From the NCBI GenBank assembly GCA_000388065.2, contig KB932202.1: a stretch of 64,000 nucleotides of DNA, one strand, 5' to 3'. The position numbers and the translations under genes are program-made. The notes below the pieces were generated by a model, which was not told the origin of the DNA, did no database searches, and worked only from the letters and a program-made list of their open reading frames with translations. Below are positions 1 to 14,100 of the stretch, one piece after another. The number at the start of each line of letters is the position of its first letter. Position 1 is the stretch's first letter. Source of the DNA: Fonticula alba ATCC 38817 (taxonomy: Eukaryota; Protista; Nucleariida).

Positions 1-116
1 CCCCCCCGCCCTCCCCATCTCTCTCTTTCTCTACGCTGCACCTGCTCCGGTCCTGTTCGCTCGCCAACAGCAGACTGACATTAGGCGTTCTGCCGGAACA
101 CCAGCCCCAAAAAGCC

Positions 117-484
117 ATGGCGTACCCTTCGCCCGCCCCCGCCGCTGAGCGCCCCCACGCCGGCGGCCGGCGCGGCAAGAGACGCACATTGCATTCGTCG
201 TACCTGCGCTTCGCCCTGCCGGTGGCCGTCATTAGCACGATCCTGGCGGCGTCGGTGGCCACCGGTCCCATGGGTGTGGCCGCGGCCAGTGCCAAGGCCG
301 TCCACACCGCCAACCCCTCCCTCCTGACGGCGCAGCAGCAGGGAGCCCAGACGGTCGGCCAGCAGAAGGCCTTCGCTGATCCGCTGCGCGTGATCCAAGC
401 CCGCAAGCGCCTGGCTGCCAGCCAGAAGTGCCCCTCGGCCCCGCCGGCCGCGCTCTTTGTCTTGGATGGCGATTTCATTTTCAG
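117..484 (+). CDS. Probable first coding exon of the large orphan secreted/membrane-anchored protein (continues at 4798)
   Basis: ATG at 117. A basic N-terminus is followed by a hydrophobic stretch (RFALPVAVISTILAASVA). The exon ends at an AG|GTGCGC donor (485) in phase 2, matching the phase-2 acceptor at 4797/4798. It contains a KCPSAPPAALF motif like the CP-Pro linkers in the 4798-9772 ORF. Confidence 0.6.
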
Positions 485-579
485 GTGCGCCGGTGCATGT
501 GCCACGCGGGGAGGCCGGCCAGAGGGGCGAGGAGCGATGCTGAGGCGGAGGGGGGGGGGGNNNNNNNNNNCGGTGATAG

Positions 580-1989
<1,410 letters not shown>

Positions 1990-3641
1990 GCCCCCCCTCC
2001 CCCCTCCCCAGCCTAGCCCCCAGCTGTCCCTCCTCCTCTCTTTTGGGGATGCCACGAGGGACGGCGGCGGAGAGGCAGACACCCTTTTCCAAAAAGCCTC
2101 TTGTGTTGTCATGCTCTTCCATTTTGAGAATATATCATCTGTAGCTTTCTCTCTCTCTCTCTCTCTCTCTCTCGTTCCGTTTTCCCTCGAAAAAAGCCAA
2201 GCTTTGTTCCTCTACCCCCTCATGTATGCCGCCCTTTCGGCAGGGAGGAAAACCAAAGACACATGCACACACCCTGGCTTGGTGTAGCAAGAGCCGGCTT
2301 TCGAAAGGGGCGCTGGAGGATGGAGTGGAGGGCCGACGCCGGAAGAAGAAAGGCGGCGGCTTTCCACTCGAGGACCAAGTCAAGGCCAGGCGGTGGCAGC
2401 GGCTTCTCGATCGCGTGTCTTTTCGAGGGCACAGCCACGGCTGTGTGTGCACGGTGATGGCCAGCCGGCCGGCTGGCCGGCCGGCCCCCGCAACCTTTTC
2501 CCCGCTTCCCCGCCCGCGCCCCCTGAATGGGACCCGGTTGCCCGGGGTGGAGGGCTGCGTCGAGCGCCTGACCGCACAAATTATCACGCCGCCAAACACA
2601 TGACCGTTCAAATGTGACAGGCGGTTCGACCTGTCATCGGCGGGTCCGAAATTGAGGGTGTTGGCTTGGGCCCAAAGTTGTGGGTGAAATGGTGGGTTGT
2701 GGCCCTGATGGCGCAAGGCCTTGTTGTCTGGGGGGGGGGGGGGGACTCACTTCGCGAAATGTGGACCAACAGCCTTCGACCCCCAGGGCGTCCGATGGCA
2801 GAGACATGCGTTTCCCTTGCCGGCTCGGTGGGGGCCCGGGTGGGGGTGGACTCTTTCAGATGTAGCCCGCCATCTTCCCCCCGGAAGTCCGATTGACATG
2901 GGCGGCCGCGTGTTGCCTTTGGGAAAGCCGGGGCTTGTGTGCTTTTTTGGGGCCACTTATTCTCATGGCCGTTCGGGTGCGAGAGAGCGTGAACTTGCCT
3001 GCGGGAGCCGGAGGTCCTCCCCCCGGGGGCCAGAGGGGGCCATGTGTCACCAGCAAGCCGAGGGCCCATCAACGGTGAGTGGGTCCGTGTCACCCCTCAT
3101 CTCTGAGATCTGGCCACCAAGGAGCCGGGGGCTCGGGGCGGGCGTTTCACGTCCAGGGGGGGGGGGGCATCCGGCTGGATGGCCCATGCCAGTCAGGACC
3201 CTTGCGGCAGGCGCCCCAGACGAGGGCCCCGGCTGTCATACATGGTGTGCAGCTGCATGTGAGAGAAGGCTGCTGCTGGTGTTCGGGAGGTGCGGCGGCA
3301 GCCTCTCGCTTGATGGTCGGGCTCGGGGCTTCCCTTGTCGTCTCTTTTGTTGGGGGCTCTGGCCCGGCCTGATGGGGCCGCGGGCCCCGATGCCGGCCAT
3401 GCCTCTCGAGCCGATGTGGCCGTCCGGACGGGCGTGCGAGTGGGCGCCCCCGCTGGTTGGCCACATTTGGCTGGGATGTTGCATCTCCTCGGCTGGCGTG
3501 GCCCGCCGGCCGGGGAGTCCTTCCCGGGTGTTGGACCGAAATCCGATCCAAGCCGCGCGTCCGGCCGTGTGACACATGAGAGCCTACATGCTCATGTTGG
3601 AAGCATCGAAGTCCCCCCCCTCCCCCCCCCCTCGCGGCAAG

Positions 3642-3648
3642 TATAAAT
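3642..3648 (+). promoter_or_regulatory. TATA-like element (TATAAAT) upstream of the enolase N-terminal fragment
   Basis: Rare AT-rich motif in GC-rich DNA, about 180 nt upstream of the SRGNPTVEVDV fragment. Function is inferred only. Confidence 0.3.
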
Positions 3649-3820
3649 GGGACCCTGCAGGCTGAGACGGCAGACGGTGATGCAAAAGACTTCCCGTCAA
3701 CGAATCGTTTGTCCCTTCCCTCCTCCGTTCTTCCTTCAGCTCATCTCTACCTTTGAGGCATAAGCCCCTCCGAATGTGCGCTGCGGTCACTGTAGCTCTA
3801 TGCAGTGCCCCTCCCCCCCC

Positions 3821-3853
3821 AGCCGTGGTAACCCCACTGTCGAGGTCGACGTC
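3821..3853 (+). CDS. ENO: Enolase N-terminal exon fragment (SRGNPTVEVDV), truncated by an assembly gap
   Basis: agc cgt ggt aac ccc act gtc gag gtc gac gtc encodes the near-invariant enolase N-terminal motif. It is preceded by a pyrimidine tract plus AG and followed by N gap 3854-4659. Confidence 0.85.
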
Positions 3854-4797
3854 NNNNNNNNNNNNNNNNNNNNNNNNNNNNNNNNNNNNNNNNNNNNNNN
3901 NNNNNNNNNNNNNNNNNNNNNNNNNNNNNNNNNNNNNNNNNNNNNNNNNNNNNNNNNNNNNNNNNNNNNNNNNNNNNNNNNNNNNNNNNNNNNNNNNNNN
4001 NNNNNNNNNNNNNNNNNNNNNNNNNNNNNNNNNNNNNNNNNNNNNNNNNNNNNNNNNNNNNNNNNNNNNNNNNNNNNNNNNNNNNNNNNNNNNNNNNNNN
4101 NNNNNNNNNNNNNNNNNNNNNNNNNNNNNNNNNNNNNNNNNNNNNNNNNNNNNNNNNNNNNNNNNNNNNNNNNNNNNNNNNNNNNNNNNNNNNNNNNNNN
4201 NNNNNNNNNNNNNNNNNNNNNNNNNNNNNNNNNNNNNNNNNNNNNNNNNNNNNNNNNNNNNNNNNNNNNNNNNNNNNNNNNNNNNNNNNNNNNNNNNNNN
4301 NNNNNNNNNNNNNNNNNNNNNNNNNNNNNNNNNNNNNNNNNNNNNNNNNNNNNNNNNNNNNNNNNNNNNNNNNNNNNNNNNNNNNNNNNNNNNNNNNNNN
4401 NNNNNNNNNNNNNNNNNNNNNNNNNNNNNNNNNNNNNNNNNNNNNNNNNNNNNNNNNNNNNNNNNNNNNNNNNNNNNNNNNNNNNNNNNNNNNNNNNNNN
4501 NNNNNNNNNNNNNNNNNNNNNNNNNNNNNNNNNNNNNNNNNNNNNNNNNNNNNNNNNNNNNNNNNNNNNNNNNNNNNNNNNNNNNNNNNNNNNNNNNNNN
4601 NNNNNNNNNNNNNNNNNNNNNNNNNNNNNNNNNNNNNNNNNNNNNNNNNNNNNNNNNNNGGGAAGGGGGGGGGGGCGGGGGAGGGCAAGCACAGTGTGCG
4701 GCAAAGGGGGGGGACAGAGAGAAGACTCCTCATGGGTCACGCCATCGTGGTGTCTCCCGACCATCCGTCCGCTAACGTTGCTGGCCCTCCAATGCAG

Positions 4798-7700
4798 CCA
4801 CTCGAACTCCACTGCCGTTGAGGGCACTGCCGAGCGCTCTGAGGCTCTGCTGAAGTTTGTCGCGGCCAAGGGCGCTGCCCCGGTTCGAACTCGTCGCTCG
4901 ATGGACTTCCACCCGGGACATCATGGCGGTAACCATCATGGCGGGGATGCCGGAGGCGCAGCCTACCACCCCGGGCACCATCACCATAATGCTGGCGGTG
5001 CTATGACTCCCGGTCACCACGGCGGTAACCACCACGGTGGTGCCGGCGGTGCCATGACCCCGGGTCATCACGGCGGTAACCANNNNNNNNNNNNNNNNNN
5101 NNNNNNNNNNNNNNNNNNNNNNNNNNNNNNNNNNNNNNNNNNNNNNNNNNNNNNNNNNNNNNNNNNNNNNNNNNNNNNNNNNNNNNNNNNNNNNNNNNNN
5201 NNNNNNNNNNNNNNNNNNNNNNNNNNNNNNNNNNNNNNNNNNNNNNNNNNNNNNNNNNNNNNNNNNNNNNNNNNNNNNNNNNNNNNNNNNNNNNNNNNNN
5301 NNNNNNNNNNNNNNNNNNNNNNNNNNNNNNNNNNNNNNNNNNNNNNNNNNNNNNNNNNNNNNNNNNNNNNNNNNNNNNNNNNNNNNNNNNNNNNNNNNNN
5401 NNNNNNNNNNNNNNNNNNNNNNNNNNNNNNNNNNNNNNNNNNNNNNNNNNNNNNNNNNNNNNNNNNNNNNNNNNNNNNNNNNNNNNNNNNNNNNNNNNNN
5501 NNNNNNNNNNNNNNNNNNNNNNNNNNNNNNNNNNNNNNNNNNNNNNNNNNNACCACCCCGGGCCACCACGGCGGCAACCACCACAACAATGCCGGCGGTG
5601 CCATGACCCCCGGCCACCACCGTGGCGGCCACCATGCTCCGACTGAGGCACCCAACGTCCCTACCAGCGAGCCCACCATGCCGACCGAGGCGCCTGTGCC
5701 TCCAACTGAGGCCCCCTCGGAGCCCGTCGACGTGCCGGGCACCCTGGCCCGGGTGTGGTCGGCCCTGGCCCAGGACAGCCTGCGCGCCACCGACGCCACC
5801 ACCGGCCGCCACCCGATCAGCCACCTGGCCGGGCTTGGCGACCAGCTGGCTGGGCTGCTTGAGCGTCAGCTGAAGGCCGAGGATGCCGCCACCCCCGGGA
5901 TCATGGGCCAGGAGGAGCAGGAACAGCTCCAACTCCTGTCCATGCGCGTGCTGCTGCTTTCGTCCAATGGAGGCTCCGGCACCGGGGCCGGCGGCGTGCC
6001 GATTGCCGCCGGCCGGTCTACCGAGCCGGCTCTCGAGCGGGCCCTCATCGAGACCCTCGCTCGGAAGCGCGCTGCCCGGGCCCTTGCCCAGGCCCCCGGG
6101 TCGATGCGCGGCCCGATGCCCCCGCCGCAAAGCAAGCTCCCGCCCGGAGTCAAGCTCCCCCCGGGCGTCAAGATCCCCAGCCAGCTGCCCAAGGACTTCC
6201 CCAAGGAGCTGCCGGAGGAAATGCCCACCTGGCCCCCGGGCCGGCCCAAGCCCACCATGCCGGAGGAGATGCCCACCTGGCCCCCGGGCCGGCCCAAGCC
6301 CACCATGCCCCCGGGGGTCAAGGTCCCGGATTGGGTCCATGATCTGCCGGTCCCCTCGGGCTGGCCGAAGCCCGGCGCCGCCGGGGCCCCGGACTACACC
6401 GACCCCAATGTGCCCTTCCCCATGCCCACCTGGGGAGATGGTGATGGTGATGACGGCCTGCATGCCACCGCCACGGCCGAGGAGTGCCCGGCCCCGGAGG
6501 TCGGCACCCTGGCCGACCAGATGCTGGCCAGCCGGGCCGCTGCCTTCACTTTCATGAACCAGGCCGTGGATTATGTCATGGCCCACCGCCTGCCCTGGAT
6601 GTACCAGGAGACCCAGCAAACGGCCGACCATTTGCGCCAAGATGGCCTCGTGCTCGGGAAGTTCCTGTGCCAGCTCTTCCCGCCGCTGCCGACCCTGCCG
6701 CCGCTGCCGACCCTGCCGACCCTCCGGCCGCGCATTGGCCCGACCGAGCCGCCGACCCCGCCGCCCCGCTTCCGGCCCTTCCAGCCGACCCCGGCCCCGA
6801 CGCAGCCGCCCCGGCCGCGCTTCGGCCCCGGCTCCCGCTGGCCCACCACCAACCAGGACGCACCGGAGGCCACCACGGCCGATGACCAGCAGCCCGGCCT
6901 GGATCCGCGCCAGCTGGCCCGGCCGATGCTGCGTGCCATCCGCCAGCGCGTCGGCCAGGGTGGCCTGACCGCCACCGAGATCGACGCCCTGACCCTGGTG
7001 GCCGAGACGGCCGCCCGGGTGGGCGAGCAGCGTGTCGCCCGCATGGCTCGCATGGCCCTGGACTATGCCCTGGTCGAGCGCATGGCCGGCGGCCGGTTCA
7101 TGTCGGTCGCCGACCCGGCCCCGGGTGATGCGGTGGCCTGGCTGGTGGGCGGGGCGGCCACCGTGGCCGATTGCGGTGCCTCCTCCGTCGGCGCCGGCAC
7201 CCATGCCCCGGGCGAGACGGCCTCCTGCCTGCTGGATGTGGATGCGGTGCGCGTGGGCTCCGACTCGCTGGCCATCGCCCTGGCCCAGCGGGCCGGCGTC
7301 TACTGCCCCTCCAGCGACGTGCTGGCGGCCATCGCGGCCAGCGCTCGCAGCACCGGGGCCTCGGTGGTCTTCGCGTCGTCCCGGCGCCAGGACACCAACC
7401 CCAGCGGCGTGTCGGTCCTGGACCCGGCCGCCGTCGGGCCAGCCACCTCGGCCGCGGCCATCTTCCTGCCGCAGAGCTACGCCATCGATGCCTATGTCCT
7501 GGGCAATGAGAATGCCGCGGCCGAGGTCGTGGTGGCCGGCGACTCGGTCCAGTCGTTCGCCCAGCTGCTGGACTCGGCCGCCGCCGTGGATGGCGCCCTG
7601 CGTCGACTGGACCACGATGTGTGGGCCCAGAAGGCCGACAATGAGCAGTATGCCGCCATGCAAGCCATGCTGACGGTGGCTGGCTCCGGCAACACCGGGG

Positions 7701-9642
7701 CCGGCAATGCCCAAGCTGTGCCGATCTCCCCGGCTGCGCGGTTCCTCTCCGAGCAGATGAAGGGCCTGCGCCTGGTGTCGGAAAACCTGTCGGCCCTGGT
7801 GCGCCTCGGGGCGCAGCGCCTGCAGCGCGTCGGCCAGGGGGCCGAGGAGGCGGCCTGCCCGCCGTCGCCGCCCCCGGCATCGGCCAAGGCCGGAGCCAAC
7901 AACCCCGGCAACAAGGACACCGCCCCGCCGCCGAGCGCCGGGCGCCTGCTGGACAGCGGCAGCGTCAGCACCTTCCGTGCGGACAGCGTGCGCATCCAAT
8001 CCCCCGCCTACGAGGCATCCCAGCGGGTGCCGGTGCTGGCCGGGGTCCTGGTGGCCGCGCAGTTGGGCGACCGTGCGCGTGGCTTCGCCGACGTGGCCCT
8101 CCTGCAGCAGGTGGCCTCGGCCCAGCAGGCCGCCTGCCCCGGCAACAAGGGTGGCAATGGCGGGGGCGACCCTGACAATGGTGCCACCGACCCGCCGGCC
8201 GCTCGGACCCTCATCGAGCAGCAGGGCCGCGTGGTGCGCGTCCTGACCGGCGTCGATGCCGACACCCTGGCCGAGGGAGTCCTGGCCGGGGCGGACGTGG
8301 CTTCCGCCGCTCGCGCGGGGGAGGCCGCCGACCGGGTGCATGTCCTCCCCTCGATGGAGGGCCTGCTCCGGAGCCTGGTCGAGGGTGCGGCCGAAACCCT
8401 GCCCGGGAGCACCGCCTCCGCGGCCGCCACCAAGAAGCAGGCCACCACCAAGGACATGGTCGATGAGACCCTGGCCGAGCTGAATGCCTGCCCGGGCCAC
8501 GGTGGCGGAGACACGCCGCCGCCCTCGCCGCCGCCGGCCAAGCTGCTCCTGCACTTGAACACGGCCGATCTGGACGAGTTCACCATCGACCACTCGTCGG
8601 TGGCCGTGCTCAATGGCTGGGCCCTGGTGCGCAAGGGCGACGGTTACCTGGCCATCTTTGCCGATGGCGGCCTCGTCCGCAATGAGGATGGCCTGTTCGA
8701 AGCGGCCAACGGCGAGGACAGCAGCCTGCAGACGTGGCTCATCGTGGCCGGGTCGCGCGTGCTGGATGGCAGCTATGCGGCCTTCACCGATCGGGTGGCC
8801 AGCCTGGCGGCCGAGAGTGCGGCCGCCGGGGCTCGCGCCGCGGCCACCCGCCGCACCGACCTGCCCAACCTGCCGGCCCTGCGGATCTCCCGCCAGCAGA
8901 CCGAGCAGACCAAGTGCCTGCGTGACAACAAGTGCATCTCGGTGCTCGAGCCGCTTGCGGCCCTGCTCCGGTGCACGGTGCCCATTCCCCTGGTCAACCC
9001 GATGCCCCCGTGCCCGATGCGCCTGAATGTCACCATGCTCGAGGAGTGCATCATCAATTGCCAGAGCCGCTTCGAGCGTTTGGCCATGCTGGACTTCGCC
9101 TGCCGGGCCAACTGCTTCCGCATTTCGACCATCGATGAGGCGGTCGTGCGCGTCAGTGACCTGGAGCGCATGGCCGAGGAGCGCCAAATGGAGATGGACC
9201 GCTTCCTGGCCGGCGAGTCGACCGGGTCGGCGCTGAGCCAGACCGAGGCAGATCGCGCCCGGGCTGTCGGCCGTGTGTACCAGCATCTGGTGGACGCCTT
9301 CGGCAGTGGGGCCAACGCGAATGCGTCGGCCGCGCTCGGTGTCGGGTCCGGCCGTGTCCGTGTCAGCTCCAATGTTGGTCGTGCGGCCGCCGGCACGCGG
9401 AAGGCCTCTTCCGCCGGGGCTGCTGCGGGTGCCTCGGCCACGGCGGCCGGCCTCGACCAGGCCGTCGAGGCCATGTTCGAGTGCCCCGCGTCCAAGCCGA
9501 CCGACGCGCCTCCTCCCCCGGCGGCCAAGACCATCGGCCAGCGTGGCGCCGCCGCCGCCGCCGCGACCGATACCATTGCTGACCAGGGCAACTTCGTGAC
9601 GCGCTCCTGGCGCTCGATCCTCAAGAGCACCCTCGGCACCAC

Positions 9643-9692
<50 letters not shown>

Positions 9693-9772
9693 CCCAGCAG
9701 CAGCGCCAGGGTGCCCCTGTGGCGCCGCTGTCGGAGGGCGGGCGCCTGGTCCTGGACTTTGGTCGTGTCTAA
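4798..9772 (+). CDS. Large orphan modular protein, main exon: His/Gly repeats, Pro-rich repeats, CP-Pro-linked modules, Cys cluster, polyQ
   Basis: About 5 kb uninterrupted ORF (one internal N gap at 5083-5551) with strong GC3 codon bias. A GCTAAC branch point at 4771 and CAG acceptor at 4795-4797 precede it; stop TAA at 9770-9772. No family recognised. Confidence 0.85.
4901..5635 (+). repeat. Coding His/Gly tandem repeats (consensus MTPGHHGGNHHGGAGGA), centre lost in a gap
   Basis: At least 6 visible PGHH units flank N gap 5083-5551. The gap probably reflects collapse of further copies. Confidence 0.9.
6212..6307 (+). repeat. 48-nt coding tandem duplication (PEEMPTWPPGRPKPTM x2)
   Basis: Two near-identical 48-nt units at 6212-6259 and 6260-6307. 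Confidence 0.9.
9647..9691 (+). repeat. (CAG)15 polyglutamine tract
   Basis: Pure CAG run near the C-terminus of the orphan protein. Confidence 0.9.
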
Positions 9773-11194
9773 AAGGCAAGCAGAGATGCCCTTAGGGGGG
9801 GGGATGTACGTAGGTGATGCCGCCTCGGGTGTCAACGTATGAACGAGCAAATGTGCACGCCCATGCGCAAGCATGTGCATGCTCCTATTCTCCGTGTCCA
9901 GCGGCCGGCCGGCCGGCAGGCGGGGAAGCAGGTTGGCTACCACATGCCCGCCGGCTCTCGGCCCCCGGGGCGCCCCTCCCCGGTGCACCGGCCGCGCCTT
10001 GTTTTAGCTTCGTTTTCTTTTCCTCGAATTTCTTTCCCGTTCCATTGTTTTTCTCCCTCTTTTGCGCCCTGCGTGCATACCTCCGGTGTGGTGTGGAGGG
10101 CATGTGCGCGCGTGGGTGCCTGTGTGTCGTTCCTCTCGAAAGTCCGAGAGCCCGAATAAACAGCTTAGTTACCGAGCAGATAGTCGCCCATAATGCCAGC
10201 GAAAGGGGAGGGGGAGGGGGAGGGGGCGCCAGATGTGGTGCTCCAGCCAGGAAGAGGGGGCACGGGTGGGGGGTGGCGGAAAGGGCACATCAAGGGCGAC
10301 GACCCACGGGAGGAGATCGCGGAAAGGGGGAGGGAGGGGGAATAAAGAGGGAAAGAAAGCACGATACATACCCCTCGTCGAAGAAAAGGGTAGCCTCGAG
10401 CGTGGGCGGCCTTCAAGAGGAGGGGCATGCTCTCCGGACCTTCGCCTCGCGCCCGGCAGGCCAGGGTGCGCAGGATTAGGACCGGGTTGCGGCACAGCCC
10501 GCATCGGCGACCAAGAGCCAACTCTGCAGGTGTGTGATGGGCCGCTCATGTGAGAATGTCACATGAACATCCCAATCGGCGCGCCCCTGGCTCCTTGCGC
10601 CGAAGAGTGTGTGTGTGTGTTGTGTCTTGAATGTGCATATTGTGCACACAACGACTTTGAAGACGACCGTCCTCCTGGGGGGCAGGCTCTTTGGAGCGCG
10701 GGCCCCGAATGCCGCGAAAGCCGCGGGCGTGGACGCACACCCATCAAGCTCGGAGACCTGTGTCTGGTGTATTGAAATGGTAGGCGGGGGGGGGGGGGGG
10801 GGGGCCCTTCCCCCTGGAGGTGGGGGCGGGGGGGTGTCGGCCGCTACCCGGGGCATAAAACAACATCAAAAGGTTTGCCCCGAACCCGGAGAGAGAGAGA
10901 GAGAGAGCAGCCAGGCGAGTGGGCGTCCGACGGTCGGGCTTGCTTTTTTTTTTTTCGGCGCAGGGCCGCACCGCGAATCTGCCCACTCTTGTGGAGTGGT
11001 GTCTTCTCTCGGAGGAGGAGACGGGCCATTTTGGCAACCTTGACAGTGGCGGTCCGAGCGGACCGGAAACCAAGCCCTCTCCCCCCCCCCCCCCCTCCCT
11101 CCCGTTCTGCCTCGTTCTCCTCCCCGGCTGCCTTCACTGCTCTCTTTTCTTCCGCCGCCCGCCCTTCCCTCTCCCACTTCGCCCCCCTGCCGCC

Positions 11195-14100
11195 ATGGGG
11201 AACTCCATCTCCATCAGCCATGCCCGGGGGCCGGCTTTTGACAAGTCCGAGTTCCGGCGTCTCTTCCTTGCGGAGAATGCCACCGTGCTCACGGACAACC
11301 GGTATGTCGCTGCTGGGGCTTCCCGCCCCTCCTCCCCCTGGCCGTCCATCCTCGCCCTCTTGTTTCAGGTCGGCTGACTCTCCTCCCCCCCCCCCTCCTC
11401 CCCCCTGCCGCCACTCTGTCAAGGCTCCTCCTCGCCATTGTCTACCCCAATTATCGGCCCCTATTGGAGTTGGCCGGCGAGCCTGGCCCCCCGGCCGAGG
11501 ACCTGCAATTGCTGGCCAATGCCGGGCTCGCGGCCGATGTGCCTCTTTACCGGCGCCACCTGCAGGCCCTGCAGGGGCTGCGCCAGCAGTCCAGCCACAT
11601 CAATCAGCCGGTGGTGGTGAAGTTCTTCGCCAAGCAGCGCCTCGTGTCGCTGGCGGAATATGTGCCCACCATCGCGCGCTTTCGCCAGACCATGACCCTG
11701 CTGTGCTCGGTGTCGTCGGCGAACCCTGCCGCCGGGTCGCCCTGCCTGCTGCCCACCAGCCTGGTGGACTTGGACAGCCAGCTGACGCAGGCCCTGCTGG
11801 AGCATGAGCTCGCCTTGCCGGTGAGTACGCCCCTGGACCTGGTGCTCCTTGCCTCGGGGGTGGGGCTTGCCCCCGCGGCAACGGCAGCCACTGCCATGGG
11901 CTCGAGCGCTCCCCTGTCCTCTTCCTCTTCCTCCTCGACAGCCGGGGCTGGGGCTGTCTTTTCCGGGGGCACCCTCGGTCGATCGTCCAATGTGTCCATG
12001 AGCGATCTGCCGCCGGCGGCGCTCCTGGCCGGGTCCGGTGGCCCGTCCACCGCCGGGGCGCAGCGTCTATCGGTGGGCAGCGCCCAGGCGGCGCACTCGG
12101 CCCTGTCTGTCGGGTCAGTTGAATGGCCAGTCGGGCCGGATGGAACGCCCCTGCCGATGGCCGGCGACCTGACGGACCTCAACCCCGGGGAGCGCACCCG
12201 GTCGATGACCTTGCTGCCGGTGCCGAGTGCCCCGGCCTCCGGGGCTGGGCTGACGGTCGGCGACTCACAGGACCCACTTGGCGGCCTGCTTCTCGGCTTC
12301 CGGCCCTTTACCCATACGAACTTGCGCGAGCGCATCGACTCGCAGCCTGTCTTGGAGCCCATCGAGAAGCTTTATATCTCCTTCCAAATGATCTCCCTCC
12401 TGCGGGACAGGTGTGTCCTGGCCATGTGGGCGAGGGGCCTGCTCCTTCCCCTTTGTCCTCCTTCCCTCCCTCCGCCCCTCTCCCTCTGTCTTTCTCTGGT
12501 GTGTCCCCTGACCGGCTTTCTTCCCCATCATTCTTCCCTCTCTCCCCCTCCGCTTCTGCCTTGCTCGCGAGCCAGCTCCACGCTCAAGGTCATCCACGGT
12601 GACATCAAGCTGCAGAATATCTTGCTCACTTCGTGGGATCTGGTCATCCTGTCGGATTTCTCGGCATCCTATAAGGTTCCTCCTCCGGCTTCTGCTTCGC
12701 GCCCGTTCCCGTCCATACCCCCTTCCTCACTGGTCAAGCTTTCGCTCTTACTCTTTCCCTCCCCCCCCCCCATCCCCTTCTTCTTTGGACGCCCTCGCGT
12801 AGCCCTTCTTCCTCCCGGAGGACAACCCCAGCGACTATCTGTTCTTCTTCCAGAGCCAGGAACTGGACGTATGCAACATCGCCCCCGAGCGATTCCTCTC
12901 TCGCAAGATCTATGACAGCCTGCTGCGTCCCCATGCCAGCCCCTTCGAAACCATCAGCGCCGTCAATCCCGACCTGGCAGCCAACCCCCACGCGGTGGAT
13001 ATCTTCAGCATTGGCTGCGTCATCGCCCAGCTTTGGCTGGATGGTCGGCCGCTCTTTACCCTGCGCCAGATGCTGGATTATCGCATGGGCGTCTATTCGC
13101 CGGATCACCTTCTTGCGGAGTGCGTTACAAGGCGACGGCCCTCTCCTCCGCTCCTCTGCTCCTCCGCTCCTCCGCTCCTCNNNNNNNNNNNNNNNNNNNN
13201 NNNNNNNNNNNNNNNNNNNNNNNNNNNNNNNNNNNNNNNNGCTCCTCCGCTCCTCCGCTCCTCTGCTCCTCTGCTCCTCCGCCCCTCCGCTCCTCCGCTC
13301 CTCTGCTCCTCCACTCCTCTGCTCCTCTGCTCCTCATCCATATGATCGATGCTAACGTGCTTTCCTTGCTCCGTCGATGCAGGATCCCTGATGTTGGCAT
13401 TCGGAACTTGGTTCGGCAGATGATTTCCCTCAACATCAGGGAGCGGTGCTCGGTGCTCAATCACCAATCAAACTTCATGGTCAGCGGGCCATTCCCCCAG
13501 TTCTTCGACACCTATCACCTTGTGCGACCCTTTTTCCTTCTTTTTTTTTCATTCCATCTCTTGCCATTCCTCGGCACTGCCCCTGGCTTCGGCGCCCGTG
13601 CTAATCGGCTTCTCCTTGCCATCTTTCCTTGACCAATCCCCCTCTTTCTCGCTCGCCCGTCGCTCCCTCTCGCCGTCTTGTGGTGCGGGCATGCGCGCAC
13701 GCGTGCTCCTTCCTTCGGGGGGGGGGACCCACAGCTTGCCAAGTCGTTTGTCGATCACTCGGGAGGCCTTGGCAGCCCCCTCACCTCGGAGGACCGTCTG
13801 GCTCAGCTCCATACCATGTTCGATGCCCTCGTCAATCTGGTGGCCGACTCCGCCTCGCCCGGGCCCCGGGCCATTTCGCCATCGCAGTCGGCCGAACCTC
13901 TGAATGTCGCACAGCCAAATTCCCCCAAGGGCGCCTCTGGCCCCTGGAGGCCCCCGCATCCCCGGGACTTCCCATGTGTGCCGTCTTTGCATTTGGAATC
14001 CTTCCCGCTGGGATGGTTCTCCCTCTCACAGCCCATGTACGCCTTCCGAGGCTTTTTTTTTCTGTCACTCCCGGGCGCACCTTCCCCTCCTGCTGTTGGC

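Noticed and set aside
3753-4775. ORFs running through long N gaps (also 22204-23967, 43119-44722)
   Set aside because: They are open only because N codons contain no stop, so they are not evidence of coding.
4772-9988. 1,738-aa antisense ORF and the many other long overlapping ORFs in the six-frame track
   Set aside because: These are shadow ORFs caused by high GC3 codon bias on the true coding strand. Their products are Gly/Arg/Ala/Pro-rich with no motifs.
13143-13336. Short tandem arrays (8-mer here, 14-mer at 42451, 18-mer at 21465) considered as CRISPR-like or mobile-element relics
   Set aside because: There are no unique spacers, cas genes, terminal inverted repeats or transposase. These are ordinary eukaryotic mini- and microsatellites.
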